DNA from: Candidatus Avispirillum faecium
GTDB lineage: Bacteria > Bacillota > Clostridia > Oscillospirales > CAG-272
NCBI GenBank assembly: GCA_904396155.1
Contig: CAJFOI010000044.1
Coordinates: 46,926-110,925, forward strand
Direction: 5' to 3'
Length of the DNA stretch: 64,000 nucleotides
The translations under genes and the position numbers were made by a program. The notes beneath the pieces are model-generated. The model made no database searches. It was not told the DNA's origin and was given only the letters and a program-made list of their open reading frames with translations. How positions within the stretch are numbered: position 1 is the stretch's first letter; every line of letters begins with the position of its first letter. Shown here in pieces: positions 28,282 through 36,366 of this stretch.

Positions 28282-29469
28282 TTATCCCAGAAGGCTTTTC
28301 ACCAGCGCCGGGATCTTTGCAAAGTCTTCCTCGTCTGGATTCCAGAGAGACCGTACTTCCTCCTCCACTACGGCAAAGCCTGCGTCCGCCAGCTTTTCCT
28401 TCAAGATCTTTACGCTCTCTCCGCTCCAGCCGTAGCAGCCGAAAGCGGCTGCTTTTTTATTTTTGAATTTCAGGGATTTCAAAAAGGACAGCCACCCGGC
28501 AACGGTACAAAGAATGTCGTTGCCTTCCGTGGGAGAGCCTACAGCAATGGCCTTGGATTTGAAAATTTCCGTCATCACTTCTGTTTTATCCGATTTTGCT
28601 ATATTGTATACCTTTACCACTGTATCGGGACTCTGACGGGAAATTTCCTTCGCGATCTCGTGCGCAATCTTGGCAGTTCCATCCCACATGGTGTCGTAGC
28701 AAACGGTAATTTGATTTTCCTGATACGCGTCTGCCCAGGCAGCATACTTCTCCACGATCTGCATGGGATTCTCCCGCCAGATCGCCCCATGGCTGGGTGC
28801 GATTATTTCAATCGGCAGATTTAATCCCTGAATTTCCGGTATCTTCTTCGCCACCAGCGGAGAATAGGGCTGCAGAATGTTCGCATAATACTTCATAGCC
28901 TCCCGCATTAAGAGGCACTGATCCGCTTTGTCGTTGAAAAGCTCTTCTACGGCAAAGTGCTGGCCGAATGCATCATTGGAAAAGAGGATATTGTCGCCGG
29001 TCATATACGTAGCCATGGAATCCGGCCAGTGCAACATCCGCATTTCAATAAAGATCAGCTGCTTTCCGCCGCCGATGTCCAGCGTATCCCCGGTTTTTAC
29101 CACACGGAAATTCCAGCCCCGTTTGCCGTACTGCCCTTCCAGGCTCTTTACCGCATTGGCAGTACAGTAGATGGGTGTGTCCGGGATCTCCTCCATCAGT
29201 GCAGTCAACGCGCCGGAGTGATCCACTTCTCCGTGATTTGCGATGATATAGTCAATTTTTTTCAGATCGATTTCCTTCTTCAGATTTTCCACAAATTCAA
29301 ACCGATGGGGCGCCCATACGGTGTCGATCAATACCGTTTTTTCTTCCTCTATCAGGTAAGCGTTCTGACTGGAGCCACTGGCAATGGTATAATCTTCCCC
29401 ATGGAATTTTTGAAGCTCCCAGTCGATGTACCCCACCCAGCTTACATTGTTTTTGATGTGTCTTTTCAT
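28282..29469 (-). CDS. fprA: FprA-family A-type flavodiiron protein (O2/NO reductase)
   Basis: A metallo-beta-lactamase-like di-iron domain (motif HGEVDHSG) fused to a C-terminal flavodoxin domain (KAIAVGSPT...). 395 aa. Confidence 0.9.
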   Translation of the reverse strand: MKRHIKNNVSWVGYIDWELQKFHGEDYTIASGSSQNAYLIEEEKTVLIDTVWAPHRFEFVENLKKEIDLKKIDYIIANHGEVDHSGALTALMEEIPDTPIYCTANAVKSLEGQYGKRGWNFRVVKTGDTLDIGGGKQLIFIEMRMLHWPDSMATYMTGDNILFSNDAFGQHFAVEELFNDKADQCLLMREAMKYYANILQPYSPLVAKKIPEIQGLNLPIEIIAPSHGAIWRENPMQIVEKYAAWADAYQENQITVCYDTMWDGTAKIAHEIAKEISRQSPDTVVKVYNIAKSDKTEVMTEIFKSKAIAVGSPTEGNDILCTVAGWLSFLKSLKFKNKKAAAFGCYGWSGESVKILKEKLADAGFAVVEEEVRSLWNPDEEDFAKIPALVKSLLG

Positions 29470-29515
29470 TGCGTCTTTCCTTTCTGTTGCATTTCTATAT
29501 GTTTTTATAAATTGC

Positions 29516-30208
29516 TTACTCTATAATGTTCCCATCCAGGGAAATCGTAACCACCTGCCAGGGAATAAACTTCCCGCTGGCCTGCAGGGCATCCCTTGCA
29601 GCCGCCTCCAGGCCGCCGCAGCAGGGCACCTCCATTTTTACAATGGTCACGCTTTGTATGTTGTTGCTCCGAATGATCTGCGTCAGCTTTTCCCTGTAAT
29701 CCACATCGTCCAGCTTGGGACATCCGATCAGGGTGATTTTTCCCTTCATAAAGGTTTCATGTATGCCGGCATAGGCAAACGCCGTACAGTCTGCGGCAAT
29801 GAGCAGCTTTGCCCCATCAAAATACGGCGCATTTGCCGGCACAAGACGGATCTGCACCGGCCATTGTGCAAGCCTGGATCTGCCAGAATCTGAAGATGCA
29901 GCACCATTGTCCTCTTGCTGCCTTTCAAACTGTCGCAGCTGGTGACCGGCACATCCAACCACAGGAGCCTTCCTTTTCTTATTTGCCAGCACGGCCGCCT
30001 CATCATATGCCGCCGCTTCCCGCTCTACAAAGGTGATCGCTCCCGTGGGGCACGCCGGCAGACAGTCGCCCAATCCGTCGCAGTAGTCGTCCCGCAGCAG
30101 CCGTGCCTTTCCCTCCACCATGCCGATGGCGCCCTCATGACACGCGGCAGCGCAGGCGCCGCAGCCGTTGCATTTTTCTTCATCTATGTGAATGATTTTC
30201 CGAATCAT
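29516..30208 (-). CDS. 4Fe-4S dicluster domain protein
   Basis: Contains CNGCGACAAAC and CDGLGDCLPACP. The ATG at 30208 (MIRKIIHIDEEKC) sits behind AGAGGGA. Probably co-transcribed with fprA (46-nt gap). Confidence 0.8.
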   Translation of the reverse strand: MIRKIIHIDEEKCNGCGACAAACHEGAIGMVEGKARLLRDDYCDGLGDCLPACPTGAITFVEREAAAYDEAAVLANKKRKAPVVGCAGHQLRQFERQQEDNGAASSDSGRSRLAQWPVQIRLVPANAPYFDGAKLLIAADCTAFAYAGIHETFMKGKITLIGCPKLDDVDYREKLTQIIRSNNIQSVTIVKMEVPCCGGLEAAARDALQASGKFIPWQVVTISLDGNIIE

Positions 30209-30219
30209 AGAATATCCCT

Positions 30220-30263
30220 CTTTTCTTGATTTTGCAAATGCATTATAGTACAATCAAGAAAAG
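30220..30263. promoter_or_regulatory. 12-nt perfect inverted repeat (candidate operator) in the divergent 4Fe-4S/fprA - crp region
   Basis: CTTTTCTTGATT (30220-30231) and AATCAAGAAAAG (30252-30263) flank a 20-nt core. The core holds the palindrome AATGCATT and -10-like hexamers on both strands (TATAAT on minus at 30242-30247, TATAGT on plus at 30244-30249). Confidence 0.5.
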
Positions 30264-30299
30264 CATTCGGTTGCCACAGCAACAAAACGGGAGGTTTTT

Positions 30300-30953
30300 A
30301 TGGATATTTTACAAATACCGCTGTTTTCCGGCATATCGGAAAATTCCTTTTCCCAGATGCAGACATACCGCTGTATGCGCAGACAGACCTTTCCAAGGGG
30401 AGCGTACATCCTGCGCGCCGGCACATCTGTCCGCGAGATCGGCGTCCTTCTTTCGGGCAGCGTACACATCGAAACGATCGACGTCTGGGGAAACAAAAGC
30501 ATCCTGAGCAGCCTGGACACCGGAAAAATCTTTGCCGAGACCTACGCCCTGTGCAAAGAGCCTATCCTGGTAGATGTGGTCGCCGCCGAAAAGACGGAAA
30601 TCCTGTTTTTAGATCTGCAGCAGCTGCAAAATTCCGCAAGCCGCAACTTTGACTGGTACGTTACGCTGCTGCAAAACCTGCTGTGTATGTCCGCCCGAAA
30701 CAATCTTGCTCTATCCGCCCGCATTTTCTGTACCGGGGCAAAAAGCGTGCGCGGCCGCGTACTGACCTATCTGTCCGCGCAGGCAGTGCAGCAGGGTTCC
30801 ACGGATATCACCCTTCCCTTTGATCGGCAGCAGATGGCAGATTATTTGAATCTGGACCGCAGCGCCCTCTCCAGAGAACTATCCCGCATGCGGCGGGAAG
30901 GACTGCTTGCATATCACAAAAATCACTTCACCCTACTGCAGCTTGGAAAGTGA
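30300..30953 (+). CDS. Crp/Fnr family transcriptional regulator
   Basis: An N-terminal cNMP-binding-like beta-barrel and a C-terminal HTH (RQQMADYLNLDRSALSRELSRMRREG). Confidence 0.85.
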   Translation: MDILQIPLFSGISENSFSQMQTYRCMRRQTFPRGAYILRAGTSVREIGVLLSGSVHIETIDVWGNKSILSSLDTGKIFAETYALCKEPILVDVVAAEKTEILFLDLQQLQNSASRNFDWYVTLLQNLLCMSARNNLALSARIFCTGAKSVRGRVLTYLSAQAVQQGSTDITLPFDRQQMADYLNLDRSALSRELSRMRREGLLAYHKNHFTLLQLGK

Positions 30954-31772
30954 ATCCCCCTCGACGGGCCCATCTTCCTCCCCAGCCGGCACATATCGGA
31001 TATATTCCATATTTTCCTCCTCCGCAGCCGTTTTACACATAAAGGTATATACTTGGTCCCGCAAAAAATCCTTGCGCTCCCGAAGAGATGCTTCGGCGTC
31101 CCCGTAGATGGGATCACGCAGATGCACCGTCATTCCCGGCCGCCGGCAAAGTCGAAACAGTCCCCGGCGCCGCCGGTATGTCACCACAGCCGCCACCACA
31201 GGGGCACCCAGCCTGGCAGGGTACGTAAAGGATGCTGGGCCAAAGGGCCGGATCTTCGTATAATAGGGCCAGATATGCGCCTCCGGGAACACGGCGACAC
31301 AACCGCCCTCTCTGCATCGCATTTCGATAGCTTCCCGCAAAACCGGCAGTGCGGAATTCTTTGTGGGGATCGGCAGGCACCCCAGCAGCATCACCAGCCG
31401 CCGCAATCCCGGAATGGAAATTGCGTCTGCGCCGGCAACCGTATACACCCGCCTGGGGAATGCCGCCAGCGGAGGCACAAATACATCCAAAATATGGGTG
31501 TGATTGCAGTAGAGGAAATATCCGCCCGGGGGAAGCTTTTTCAGCACCTTTCGATTTTCAAAGCGCATTCCCAAATACAGTTTGCTAACGACAAATACAA
31601 TTGGAACGGCAATTCCGTAGTACAAAAGCCAGCTGCCTGCCCGCCAGAACAGCGACGTACGTATATAGGGAAAATCCCCGCCCACTTCTTCTCGTCTGAT
31701 ATGCATCCCTGCAAAATCGTCTCGAAGGGGATCCGTATATACGATGGTTCTACGCTTCTTTTTTCGTGGCAT
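30933..31772 (-). CDS. lysophospholipid (1-acyl-glycerol-3-phosphate-type) acyltransferase
   Basis: Acyltransferase motif NHTHILD plus FPEAH. The ATG at 31772 (MPRKKKRR) overlaps the GT4 gene's 3' end by 23 nt. Confidence 0.75.
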   Translation of the reverse strand: MPRKKKRRTIVYTDPLRDDFAGMHIRREEVGGDFPYIRTSLFWRAGSWLLYYGIAVPIVFVVSKLYLGMRFENRKVLKKLPPGGYFLYCNHTHILDVFVPPLAAFPRRVYTVAGADAISIPGLRRLVMLLGCLPIPTKNSALPVLREAIEMRCREGGCVAVFPEAHIWPYYTKIRPFGPASFTYPARLGAPVVAAVVTYRRRRGLFRLCRRPGMTVHLRDPIYGDAEASLRERKDFLRDQVYTFMCKTAAEEENMEYIRYVPAGEEDGPVEGDSLSKLQ

Positions 31773-32886
31773 CGGCAAGCATTCCTTCCAATCGGTCCAT
31801 GCACTGGTCAAAGGCAAATGTCTCTGCATACCCCAAATATTGCTCGCTGCAGGCTGCCCGCGCCGCCGGATGTTCGATCCAGTAGTCGATACGCTGTGCA
31901 AGACTTTTCGGATCGTTTACCCGGAACAGATTCTCCGGTGTCAGCGCAAAATAACGGGTGGCGCTTCTGGGAGAATCGGCGATCACCGGCACCTTTCCGC
32001 AGGCGATCGCCTCCAGACAGGCGATGGCCTCTATCTCGATTTCCGCCGGATGTACATACAGATCTGCATAGTTAATCACATCCACCAGGTCCCGGCGGGA
32101 GTAGAACTGCATCACAGGCATCGCAATCCCAAGACGCCGGGCGTGGGCCTCCAAATTTTTTCTTTGGGGACCGGTTCCCGCAAAAATCAACTGGATCTCC
32201 TCTTTATGCCGGGAGAGTGCCGCAGCATCCAGCAAAACCTTATGAGATTTTTCCCGGCTGTAGCGCCCGGTAAACAGGATCACAAATTTGTCCTGAAAGG
32301 CAGCGGGCTTTGGAACGTCCTTTTTGACAAAGGAGGCGTTCACCCCGTTGGAGATAATATAGTGATTGGTGGGGCCCGCAACCGCCTCAAAGGTGTCGCA
32401 GATAAAGCGGGTGGGATAATGGACGCAGTCGCAGCGTCCGTACAGAGTCTGATAAAACATCTTATACAGCCAGCGATTGAAATGACGGGAATTCATGAGA
32501 AATAAGTGGTTGGACAGATTTTCCGCCTGGCAATGGAATCCGGCAGTCACGGGAATGCCTCTTGCCCAGGCGATTTTGGCTGCCGACACGCCCAGCATAA
32601 AAGGGATCATAATATGCACCACATCGGCGCCTTCGATAGCTTCTTCCATAATGCGGCGCACCGGCCGCGCCAGCGCCACACCGTTTTTCGCAACATATCC
32701 GTTGAAAGGCCCAAAATTGATGGAAGGGACAATATAAAACCCTTCCTCTCCCGCGTGTTTCGTCCCAGTACACAAAGCACGCACCGTGTGCCCCTTCGCC
32801 CGAAGACTGCGAATCAAATTCATTGCGGCGATGGTCGTCCCGTTGTTTTCTTCGCCAAGCACGTCGCAAACAACTGTTACATTCAC
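31750..32886 (-). CDS. GT4-family glycosyltransferase (glycolipid synthase-like)
   Basis: N-terminus MNVTVVCDVLGEENNGTTIAAMNLIRSLRAKGH and a GT-B C-terminal half (VHPAEIEIEAIACLEAIACGKVPV). The GTG start sits behind GAGGTG. Confidence 0.8.
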   Translation of the reverse strand: MNVTVVCDVLGEENNGTTIAAMNLIRSLRAKGHTVRALCTGTKHAGEEGFYIVPSINFGPFNGYVAKNGVALARPVRRIMEEAIEGADVVHIMIPFMLGVSAAKIAWARGIPVTAGFHCQAENLSNHLFLMNSRHFNRWLYKMFYQTLYGRCDCVHYPTRFICDTFEAVAGPTNHYIISNGVNASFVKKDVPKPAAFQDKFVILFTGRYSREKSHKVLLDAAALSRHKEEIQLIFAGTGPQRKNLEAHARRLGIAMPVMQFYSRRDLVDVINYADLYVHPAEIEIEAIACLEAIACGKVPVIADSPRSATRYFALTPENLFRVNDPKSLAQRIDYWIEHPAARAACSEQYLGYAETFAFDQCMDRLEGMLADATKKEA

Positions 32887-32911
32887 ACAAGTTCACCTCA
32901 GCTTTTGAAAG

Positions 32912-33337
32912 TCAGCCCAAAACCTTTGCATGCAGAATCCGGACGGCCTGCGCCGGATCGGTGACATCCGCCACCGCCTGTTCCATGGGACAGGGGCCGT
33001 CCCCCTTGCGATTGATAATCCTTTCCGTACACGTTCCGTAGGAATACAGAAGCCCCGCTTCTTCCAAAACAGATACGGCACCGCTGCTCATCACCTCTCC
33101 GTACACCGCTGAGGCACCGCCGAACACCGCCAGAAAAGCGGCGGCCCGGCCCACAATCCGGTCGGCGATCACAGCGCCGCGCAGTGCATCTCCGTCCTCT
33201 TCCAGCCACAAAAGCAGCGGACGGATTCCCTTCTCCCTGGAGACTTCCACATCTGTCTGCGTGCGCATACGCACGCAGGTAATGTCCCCTACAAGCCTGC
33301 CTATCGCCTCTGTAAGAATTCCTTCACACTTTTCCAT
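32912..33337 (-). CDS. DUF1893 (TM1506-like) domain protein
   Basis: IADRIVGRAAAFL...GEVMS..A...LEEAG..Y.....ERIINRKGDGPCPME matches my memory of DUF1893. It starts 18 nt after the thiI stop. Confidence 0.65.
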   Translation of the reverse strand: MEKCEGILTEAIGRLVGDITCVRMRTQTDVEVSREKGIRPLLLWLEEDGDALRGAVIADRIVGRAAAFLAVFGGASAVYGEVMSSGAVSVLEEAGLLYSYGTCTERIINRKGDGPCPMEQAVADVTDPAQAVRILHAKVLG

Positions 33338-33355
33338 ACTTTCCTTCCTGTCCGC

Positions 33356-34561
33356 TCACATGGGATCCAAAATTTGCGGCGTCTCCTCAAACTGGCGCAC
33401 CGTTACCGTATACCGGCTGTCCCACGCCTCCTGCAGCAATGCCTCCCGGTCCAGCCGCTGCTCCTGCTGAAGCACTCTGGAAAGCTGCGGCCGCGTCTTG
33501 GGATGCCGGGGCGTAAAAACAGTACAGCAATCCTCATACGGAAGAATGGAAGTATCAAAAGTGCCGATTTGGCGGGCCCGTTCTACGATCTCGTCCTTAT
33601 CCAGGCCGATACAGGGACGCAATACGGGAAGTTCTGCCACCGGATCCGTCACGCATATGGCGGACAGCGTCTGACTGGCTACCTGCCCAAGGCTTTCCCC
33701 CGTGATCAGCGCCGTACATCCCTTTTCCTCCGCTACGCGCCCTGCCAGTTCCATCATAAACCGGCGCAGCAGCAGCGTAAAATATTCCTCCTCGCACTTG
33801 TCCCGCAGCACCTCCTGAATGTGGGTCAGAGAAAGAATATGCACATGGATCTCCCGGCAGTATTCGCAGAGTTCATGCGCCAGCTCCAATACCTTCTGCC
33901 TGGCTTGCACGCTGGTGTAGGGATAGCTCTCAAAATGAAGCGCATCGATCAAAAGCCCCCGTTTTGCCATCATATACCCGGCCACCGGACTGTCGATCCC
34001 CCCGGACAAAAGAAGCAATCCCCTGCCCCCGGAGCCCAAGGGGATCCCCCCGGCCCCTCTCTCCTGTCCGGCGTGGATATATGCCATCCGGTCCCGGATT
34101 TCCACCCGAACCGTGATATCGGGGTGGGTCAAATCCACCTTCAGCCGGGGCAGCATCTCCAAAATCACGCCGCCCACCTGGGCGGCAATGGCGGGGCTTT
34201 TCAAGGGAAATGCCTTGTCACTGCGCTTTGCCTCACATCGAAAAGTTTCGTATCCCTGCAGCCTTTGCGGAAGATACGTCCGCGCTGCCGCAAAAATCGC
34301 CTCCATATCCTTTTCACAGGCAGCGGCTCTGGTCACAGAGGCAAATCCAAAGACTTTTTTTACCTGCTCGTACATTTCATCTATGTCTTCTTCCTCTGTC
34401 TCGGGTTCCACATAGACGGTAGACTGAGCCCATCGGACCTGAAATTTGCCCACATGGGCCGCCCGGCGGCGCAGTTCCCGAATCAGCTGGCTTTCAAATC
34501 GGGAACGGTTCGCCCCTTTCAAAATCAATTCCCCGTATTTGCAAAGAATGACTTCCTTCAT
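33356..34561 (-). CDS. thiI: tRNA 4-thiouridine(8) synthase ThiI
   Basis: MKEVILCKYGELILKGANR N-terminus (ferredoxin-like/THUMP) and the PP-loop LLLSGGIDSPVA. There is no rhodanese domain, as is usual in Firmicutes. Confidence 0.92.
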   Translation of the reverse strand: MKEVILCKYGELILKGANRSRFESQLIRELRRRAAHVGKFQVRWAQSTVYVEPETEEEDIDEMYEQVKKVFGFASVTRAAACEKDMEAIFAAARTYLPQRLQGYETFRCEAKRSDKAFPLKSPAIAAQVGGVILEMLPRLKVDLTHPDITVRVEIRDRMAYIHAGQERGAGGIPLGSGGRGLLLLSGGIDSPVAGYMMAKRGLLIDALHFESYPYTSVQARQKVLELAHELCEYCREIHVHILSLTHIQEVLRDKCEEEYFTLLLRRFMMELAGRVAEEKGCTALITGESLGQVASQTLSAICVTDPVAELPVLRPCIGLDKDEIVERARQIGTFDTSILPYEDCCTVFTPRHPKTRPQLSRVLQQEQRLDREALLQEAWDSRYTVTVRQFEETPQILDPM

Positions 34562-35178
34562 GATTTTTCCCTTTCTGTGTCCCTTTGGCGAGGCGGATGC
34601 AAAATATATCCCTCACCCCGCACCGACGTCAGCACCCCTGTACCGGCAATCGACGTCAGCTTTTTGCGCAGGTACGCGGCGCACACCTGACAGGCGTTGC
34701 TGCCTTTTCCTCTCCAAAGAAGTGCAATCAGCTCATCCTTCGCTACCGGATAACCCATATGTGCATGCAAAATCTGAAACAGTGCGTATTCTTTTTCTGT
34801 GAGTGTCACCTCCCGATCCCCGCAAGCCACTGTTCTGCGCCGGTCGTCACACCGGTAATCCTCTGCACCGGTATATTGGTCCATAGAATACAACGTCAGG
34901 ACCGTCTGCAAAAACTGCTCCAAATCCAGCGGGCGGGACATCGTGACTACCTGTTCCCGGTTGGACAAAGCATCACAGACCACCAAATACCTGCCCCGCC
35001 GGGGCAAGCTCGGAAGCAGCCCGTCTTCCGGACACAGGACCGTAAGCGGTGCCATACTCTCCGTAACAGAAAAATAAGGCTCCAGCACAGCGGCAAGCAT
35101 ATTCCGCATCGCCGGATGGTCTGCCTGCACAGATAGGAAGGGGCGACCTTTCCCTGCATGAAAATGTAATTTTTTCAT
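34558..35178 (-). CDS. atypical OmpR-type winged-helix regulator with a degenerate (pseudo-)receiver domain
   Basis: The C-terminus LTEKEYALFQIL...VCAAYLRKKL...VRGEGYIL is a trans_reg_C domain. The N-terminal half lacks the acidic pair and has SRPLD in place of KP. Its stop overlaps the thiI ATG (ATGA). Confidence 0.7.
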   Translation of the reverse strand: MKKLHFHAGKGRPFLSVQADHPAMRNMLAAVLEPYFSVTESMAPLTVLCPEDGLLPSLPRRGRYLVVCDALSNREQVVTMSRPLDLEQFLQTVLTLYSMDQYTGAEDYRCDDRRRTVACGDREVTLTEKEYALFQILHAHMGYPVAKDELIALLWRGKGSNACQVCAAYLRKKLTSIAGTGVLTSVRGEGYILHPPRQRDTEREKS

Positions 35179-35184
35179 AAGTAT

Positions 35185-35213
35185 ATAATACCTATTTTAC
35201 AGCCATTTGTCAA
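35185..35213 (-). promoter_or_regulatory. sigma-A type promoter placing the TSS at the ATG of gene 34558..35178 (leaderless candidate)
   Basis: On the minus strand: TTGACA (35208-35213), 17-nt spacer, TATTAT (35185-35190), then only 6 nt (ATACTT) before the ATG at 35178. No SD is present. Confidence 0.55.
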
Positions 35214-35236
35214 CTGCGGCAGAAATCGGAGGAAAC

Positions 35237-36160
35237 GTGTTTTTAGTATTTTTGGCCTTTTCAGCAGCAGTCTTTATCAACGGGGCCACCGATGCTGCCA
35301 ACGCCCTCACCGGCCCTGTGGCCTGCGGCGCCATGAAGCTGTCCCATGCCGCACTGCTTGCCGCCTGTATGAATCTGCTGGGTATGCTGCTTTTTTCCAC
35401 CTTGTTTCCCGGTGTCTATGAAACCGTATCCGGGCTGGCCAGCTTTTCGCCGGGGACTGGAGGGATTGCGGTGACAGCTTCCCTTTCCGCAGTCGTCATT
35501 TGGGCCGGCGCGGCGTGGATCTTCGGCATCCCCACCAGCGAAAGCCACGGCCTGTTTGCCGCGCTGGCAGGGACCGCGTTTGCATTGGGTGCACCGGTTC
35601 CGGACAAGATTCAATGGGCAAAAGTAGCCGCGGGACTGCTTTTCTCCGTTCTGGGCGGCGGCCTTTCTGGATACATCACTGCACGCAGCCTGCGGTCTCA
35701 TGCAAAGGTACATCACTGGAAAGGGGCCACGATTATCGGTTGTGCAGGAACCGCATTTCTTCACGGGGCCCAGGACGGGCAAAAATTTCTGGGACTGATG
35801 GGCGCGGCAGGACTGTTGACCCGGAGCAGGGGCGCCGTGTTCTGCTGTGCCATCCTAATGCTGTGCGGCACCCTGCTGGGCGGGGGACACATCGTAAAAA
35901 AAATGGGGCGGGAAATGGCAGACGTGGACACGTTTACCGCGGCTTGCGCAGATATGGGAAGTGCCGTATCCCTGCTTGCCATGACCCTGGCCGGTCTGCC
36001 CGTGAGCACCACCCATGTAAAGATGACAGCTGTGGCCTGCGCTGCAGGAGGTGCGGGAAGAAAAACAGACAGGCAGGTGATTCTGCAAGTGATCCTCGCC
36101 TGGATCACTACCTTCCCCGGATGTTTTCTACTGGCATATTTCATCACAAAGTTGTTGTAA
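35237..36160 (+). CDS. inorganic phosphate transporter, PiT family
   Basis: Contains NGATDAANA and a second HG.QDGQK block, and is polytopic. The GTG at 35237 lies 4 nt after GGAGG and is preferred to the track's TTG at 35207. Confidence 0.85.
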   Translation: MFLVFLAFSAAVFINGATDAANALTGPVACGAMKLSHAALLAACMNLLGMLLFSTLFPGVYETVSGLASFSPGTGGIAVTASLSAVVIWAGAAWIFGIPTSESHGLFAALAGTAFALGAPVPDKIQWAKVAAGLLFSVLGGGLSGYITARSLRSHAKVHHWKGATIIGCAGTAFLHGAQDGQKFLGLMGAAGLLTRSRGAVFCCAILMLCGTLLGGGHIVKKMGREMADVDTFTAACADMGSAVSLLAMTLAGLPVSTTHVKMTAVACAAGGAGRKTDRQVILQVILAWITTFPGCFLLAYFITKLL

Positions 36161-36219
36161 ACCGGCAAATATTGTGCAAAATATACAAAAATCAAGGATG
36201 GGATTCTACAGGACGCTCC

Positions 36220-36248
36220 TTGCATAACCACAAAATCTGTTATATAAT
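36220..36248 (+). promoter_or_regulatory. sigma-A type promoter of the EF-G paralogue
   Basis: TTGCAT (36220-36225), 17-nt spacer, TATAAT (36243-36248). This implies a leader of about 110 nt. Confidence 0.55.
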
Positions 36249-36366
36249 ATTTATAATACCGGCAGAAAAATATGCGCCATTTTTATGGATCTGTCACAAA
36301 CAAATCCATTTCTTTTGTATTCCAATGCTGTTATGCATGAAACTATAAAAAAGGAGCACTGTATTT

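Noticed and set aside
30209-30299. Canonical FNR/CRP box (TTGAT-N4-ATCAA) in the crp/fprA divergent region.
   Set aside because: No copy with N4 spacing is present. Only the widely spaced 12-nt inverted repeat was found, and that is reported separately.
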